Assembly: GCA_963840075.1 (NCBI GenBank)
Contig: CAWIXS010000018.1
Coordinates: forward strand, 126,425-190,424
Source: an uncultured Alphaproteobacteria bacterium
GTDB taxonomy: Bacteria; Pseudomonadota; Alphaproteobacteria; Rhizobiales; Hyphomicrobiaceae
Length of the DNA stretch: 64,000 bases
Direction: 5' to 3'
Part shown: positions 61,588 to 64,000 of the stretch, one piece after another
Numbering within the stretch: position 1 is the first letter of the stretch
Layout: each line of letters begins with the position of its first letter
Program-made: the position numbers and the translations under genes
The notes under the pieces: model-generated
What the model saw: the letters and a program-made list of their open reading frames with translations, nothing else
The model's database searches: none
What the model was told of the DNA's origin: nothing

Positions 61588-63008
61588 ATGATTCGGGTCA
61601 CGACGTTTGCCGGCAAAGAGGTTGCCGTGTTCGGGCTCGGCCTGTCGGGGCTGGCGGCCTGCCGTGCGCTGATGGCCGGCGGCGCCGCGGTGATCGCCGG
61701 CGATGACAACGCAGCGGGGCGCGAGGCGGCGGACCAAGGCCGGCGTGCCGGTTGCGGACCTCGGCGAGCGCCGACTGGAGCCGCTTTGCCGCCCTCGTGC
61801 TGGCGCCGGGCGTGCCGCTGACCCACCCGGAGCCGCACTGGACCGTGCGCAGCGCGCAGGCCGCCGGCGTGGAGATCATCGGCGACGTTGAGCTTTTCTG
61901 CCGCGAGCGGGCCAAATCCGCTCCCGAGGCGCCCTTCGTTGCGGTGACGGGCACCAACGGCAAGTCCACCACGACGGCGCTCGTTGCGCATATCCTGAAG
62001 GCGGCCGCCAGGGACGTGGCCATGGGCGGCAACATCGGCACCGCCGTGCTGGCGCTCGAGCCGCCGTCGCCGCAGCGCTGCCACGTGGTGGAGATGTCAT
62101 CGTTCCAGATCGAGCTCACGCCGACGCTGCGGCCGACGGCGGGCCTGCTGCTCAACATCTCGCCCGACCACCTCGATCGCCACGGCACCATGGAGCATTA
62201 CGCCGCCCTCAAGGAGCGGCTGGTGCAGGGCGCCGAGCACCCCATCGTCGGCGACGACGACGACTGGTGCCGCGCGATCGCCGAGCGGCTGCGTCGCGCC
62301 GGCCGCGGCTGGGTCGACATCTTGTCGGCGCGCGCGCGCGTCCCCCACGGCTGGTTCGCGGAGGGCAGCTCCCTCATCTCGGGCGCGCCCTGGACGGGAC
62401 CGGCGGGCCGTTTCGCCGACCTCGCCGGCATCGGCTCGCTGCGCGGGCAGCACAACATCCAAAATGCGCTTGCCGCCGCCGCCGCCGCCATGACGCTCGG
62501 GGTGTCTGCCGCCGAGGTGGCGGCGGCGCTGGCGACGTTTCCGGGCCTGGCGCACCGGCTCGAGGAGATCGGCCGGCTGGGCGGCACCCTCTTCATCAAC
62601 GACAGCAAGGCCACCAACGCCGACAGCGCCGCCACCGCGCTCGCCGCCTTCGAGCGCGACGTGCTCTGGATTCTCGGCGGCCGGGCCAAGCAGGGCGGCA
62701 TCGCCTCGCTCGCGCCCTTCTTTCCCCGTGTCGCCAGGGCCTACCTGATCGGCGAGGCCACCGAGGCGTTCGCCGCCACGCTCGACGGCAAGGTGCGCTA
62801 CGACCGCTGCGGCACGCTCGAGCGCGCGGTCGCCGCCGCCACGCGCGATGCCGCGGCGAGCGGCGCCGCCGCGCCCGTCGTGCTGCTCTCGCCCGCCTGT
62901 GCCTCCTACGACCAGTACCGCAACTTCGAGATCCGCGGCGACGCCTTCCGCGCTCTCGTCGCGGCCCTGCCGGGCATCGCGCTGAAGCGGCGGGGGCGTC
63001 AGGCGTGA
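61588..63008 (+). pseudogene. murD: UDP-N-acetylmuramoylalanine--D-glutamate ligase, two 1-nt insertions (about 61734 and about 61771)
   Basis: [37 protein letters not shown], then [12 protein letters not shown] in the +1 frame, then [31 protein letters not shown].. in ORF 61752..63008. An extra c sits at gac-c-aag and at cgc-c-gac. Confidence 0.92.
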
Positions 63009-63030
63009 CCGCTCAGACCGAGTCGCAACC

Positions 63031-63149
63031 GGATTCCCCTCCCCTTGCGCCGACGCGTTTCCCTCCCTCTGGCCCCGCAGGGGCCAAAGCGAGCGAAGCT
63101 CGCTTGTGCGCCTTCGGCGCAGGTGCGGGGAGGGGTTAGGGGTGGGGGA
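63031..63149. repeat. family A composite repeat between murD and ftsW
   Basis: ggattcccctccccttgcgcc...ctggccccgcaggggccaaagcgagcgaagctcgcttgtgcgccttcggcgcaggtgcggggaggggttaggggtggggga. It is homologous to 10246-10396. Confidence 0.85.
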
Positions 63150-63191
63150 CTCGCCAGCACACCGGCTCAATTTCGACGGGTGGAACGATTG

Positions 63192-64000
63192 ATGCCTCTC
63201 GCGCGCGACGAGCCGAGCGTGCTGACCGACTGGTGGTTCACGGTCGACCGTCTGCTGCTCGCCGGCATCCTGGCGATCGCCGGGGCGGGCATCGTGCTGT
63301 CGCTTGCGGCGAGCCCGGCGATGGCCATCAGACGCGGCCTGCCGACCTTCCATTTCGTCGAGCGCCAGCTCGTCTTTGCCGCGCTCGCCGTCGTCCTCAT
63401 GCTGGCGCTGTCGCTCCTGTCGCCCGCGGGCATTCGCAGGGTTGCGCTGGCCGTTTGGGCCGTCTCCCTGGTCCTCCTCGTCCTCGTGCTCGTCACCGGC
63501 GCGGAGATCAACGGCGCACGGCGCTGGCTGCGGCTCGGCGGCTGGTCGCTGCAGCCCTCGGAATTCGCCAAGCCGGCCTTCGTCGTCCTCTCCGCCTGGC
63601 TGCTGGCGCAAGGCCGGCGCCGGCCCGACATGCCGGCGCTGCCCCTCGCCTTCGGCTTCTACCTCGTGCTCGCCGCCCTGCTCGTGCTGCAGCCGGACGT
63701 CGGCCAGGCCCTGCTCGTCAGCCTGGTGTGGTGCGCGCTCCTCTTCCTCGCCGGAGGGCCGCTCGGCTGGCTCATCGCCGTGCTGGCGATGCTCGCGGGC
63801 GCGCTTGGGGCGGCCTACCTCACCACCGGCTATGTGCGCCTGCGCGTGGACCGCTTCTTCCATCCTGCCCCGGGCGACAGCATCCAGGCGGAGCGCGCGC
63901 GGCAGTCCTTCGTCGAAGGCGGGCTCCTCGGACGCGGCCCCGGCGAAGGCACCATCAAGAGCGGCCTTCCCGACGCCCACAACGACTTCGTGCTCGCGGT
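63192..64000 (+). CDS. ftsW: cell division protein FtsW (SEDS family), N-terminal part; runs off the window
   Basis: My translation from the ATG at 63192: MPLARDEPSVLTDWWFTVDRLLLAG..RWLRLGGWSLQPSEFAKPAFVV..GRGPGEGTIKSGLPDAHNDFVLA. It is not in the ORF track because there is no stop in the window. Confidence 0.9.
   Translation, partial: MPLARDEPSVLTDWWFTVDRLLLAGILAIAGAGIVLSLAASPAMAIRRGLPTFHFVERQLVFAALAVVLMLALSLLSPAGIRRVALAVWAVSLVLLVLVLVTGAEINGARRWLRLGGWSLQPSEFAKPAFVVLSAWLLAQGRRRPDMPALPLAFGFYLVLAALLVLQPDVGQALLVSLVWCALLFLAGGPLGWLIAVLAMLAGALGAAYLTTGYVRLRVDRFFHPAPGDSIQAERARQSFVEGGLLGRGPGEGTIKSGLPDAHNDFVLA

Overview
High-GC chromosomal segment whose gene content looks alphaproteobacterial (Hyphomicrobiales/Rhizobiales-like). 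It is mostly core metabolism and envelope genes.

Gene content, in order:
- A small aromatic/VOC catabolic stretch: extradiol dioxygenase, amidohydrolase, Sir2 deacetylase, VOC protein, SAF-domain dehydrogenase.
- dapE, a conserved membrane protein, dapD, yraN.
- A three-subunit xanthine-dehydrogenase/CoxLMS-type molybdoenzyme.
- Ada/Ogt-type methyltransferase, a DUF3754 protein, an MddA-like methyltransferase, aminopeptidase P, an S9 peptidase.
- gltB-gltD, LemA plus an M48 peptidase, M17 aminopeptidase plus an NlpC/P60 hydrolase.
- A TctC/Bug binding protein, an Fe-S/CCG protein, a Rieske oxygenase, a YfhO-like membrane protein, dodecin, a Zn alcohol dehydrogenase, a Uma2 nuclease, KptA.
- The 5' half of the dcw cluster: mraZ-rsmH-ftsL-ftsI-murE-murF-mraY-[extra gene]-murD-ftsW.

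I recognised no rRNA, tRNA, CRISPR array, transposase, integrase or phage gene.

Three things stand out.
1. The intergenic space is saturated with at least five families of palindromic REP/MITE-like repeats.
2. Thirteen single-base indels, ten of them +1 insertions, break ten otherwise well-conserved genes, including gltB and murD. This is most simply uncorrected sequence error.
3. Three small AT-richer islets carry toxin-antitoxin modules or their remains. One is bounded by a diverged duplicate of the 3' end of the S9 peptidase gene, and its VapC toxin is paired with an unusual hybrid antitoxin.

I do not see a convincing large novel multi-gene system. The best leads:
- the hybrid antitoxin/VapC mini-island
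- the secreted propeller-like gene inserted between mraY and murD
- an orphan membrane protein with two 2TM modules
- the orphan ORF next to HigBA
- the repeat families, some of which donate stop codons to genes

All family assignments come from reading the translated ORFs by eye. No database search was run.
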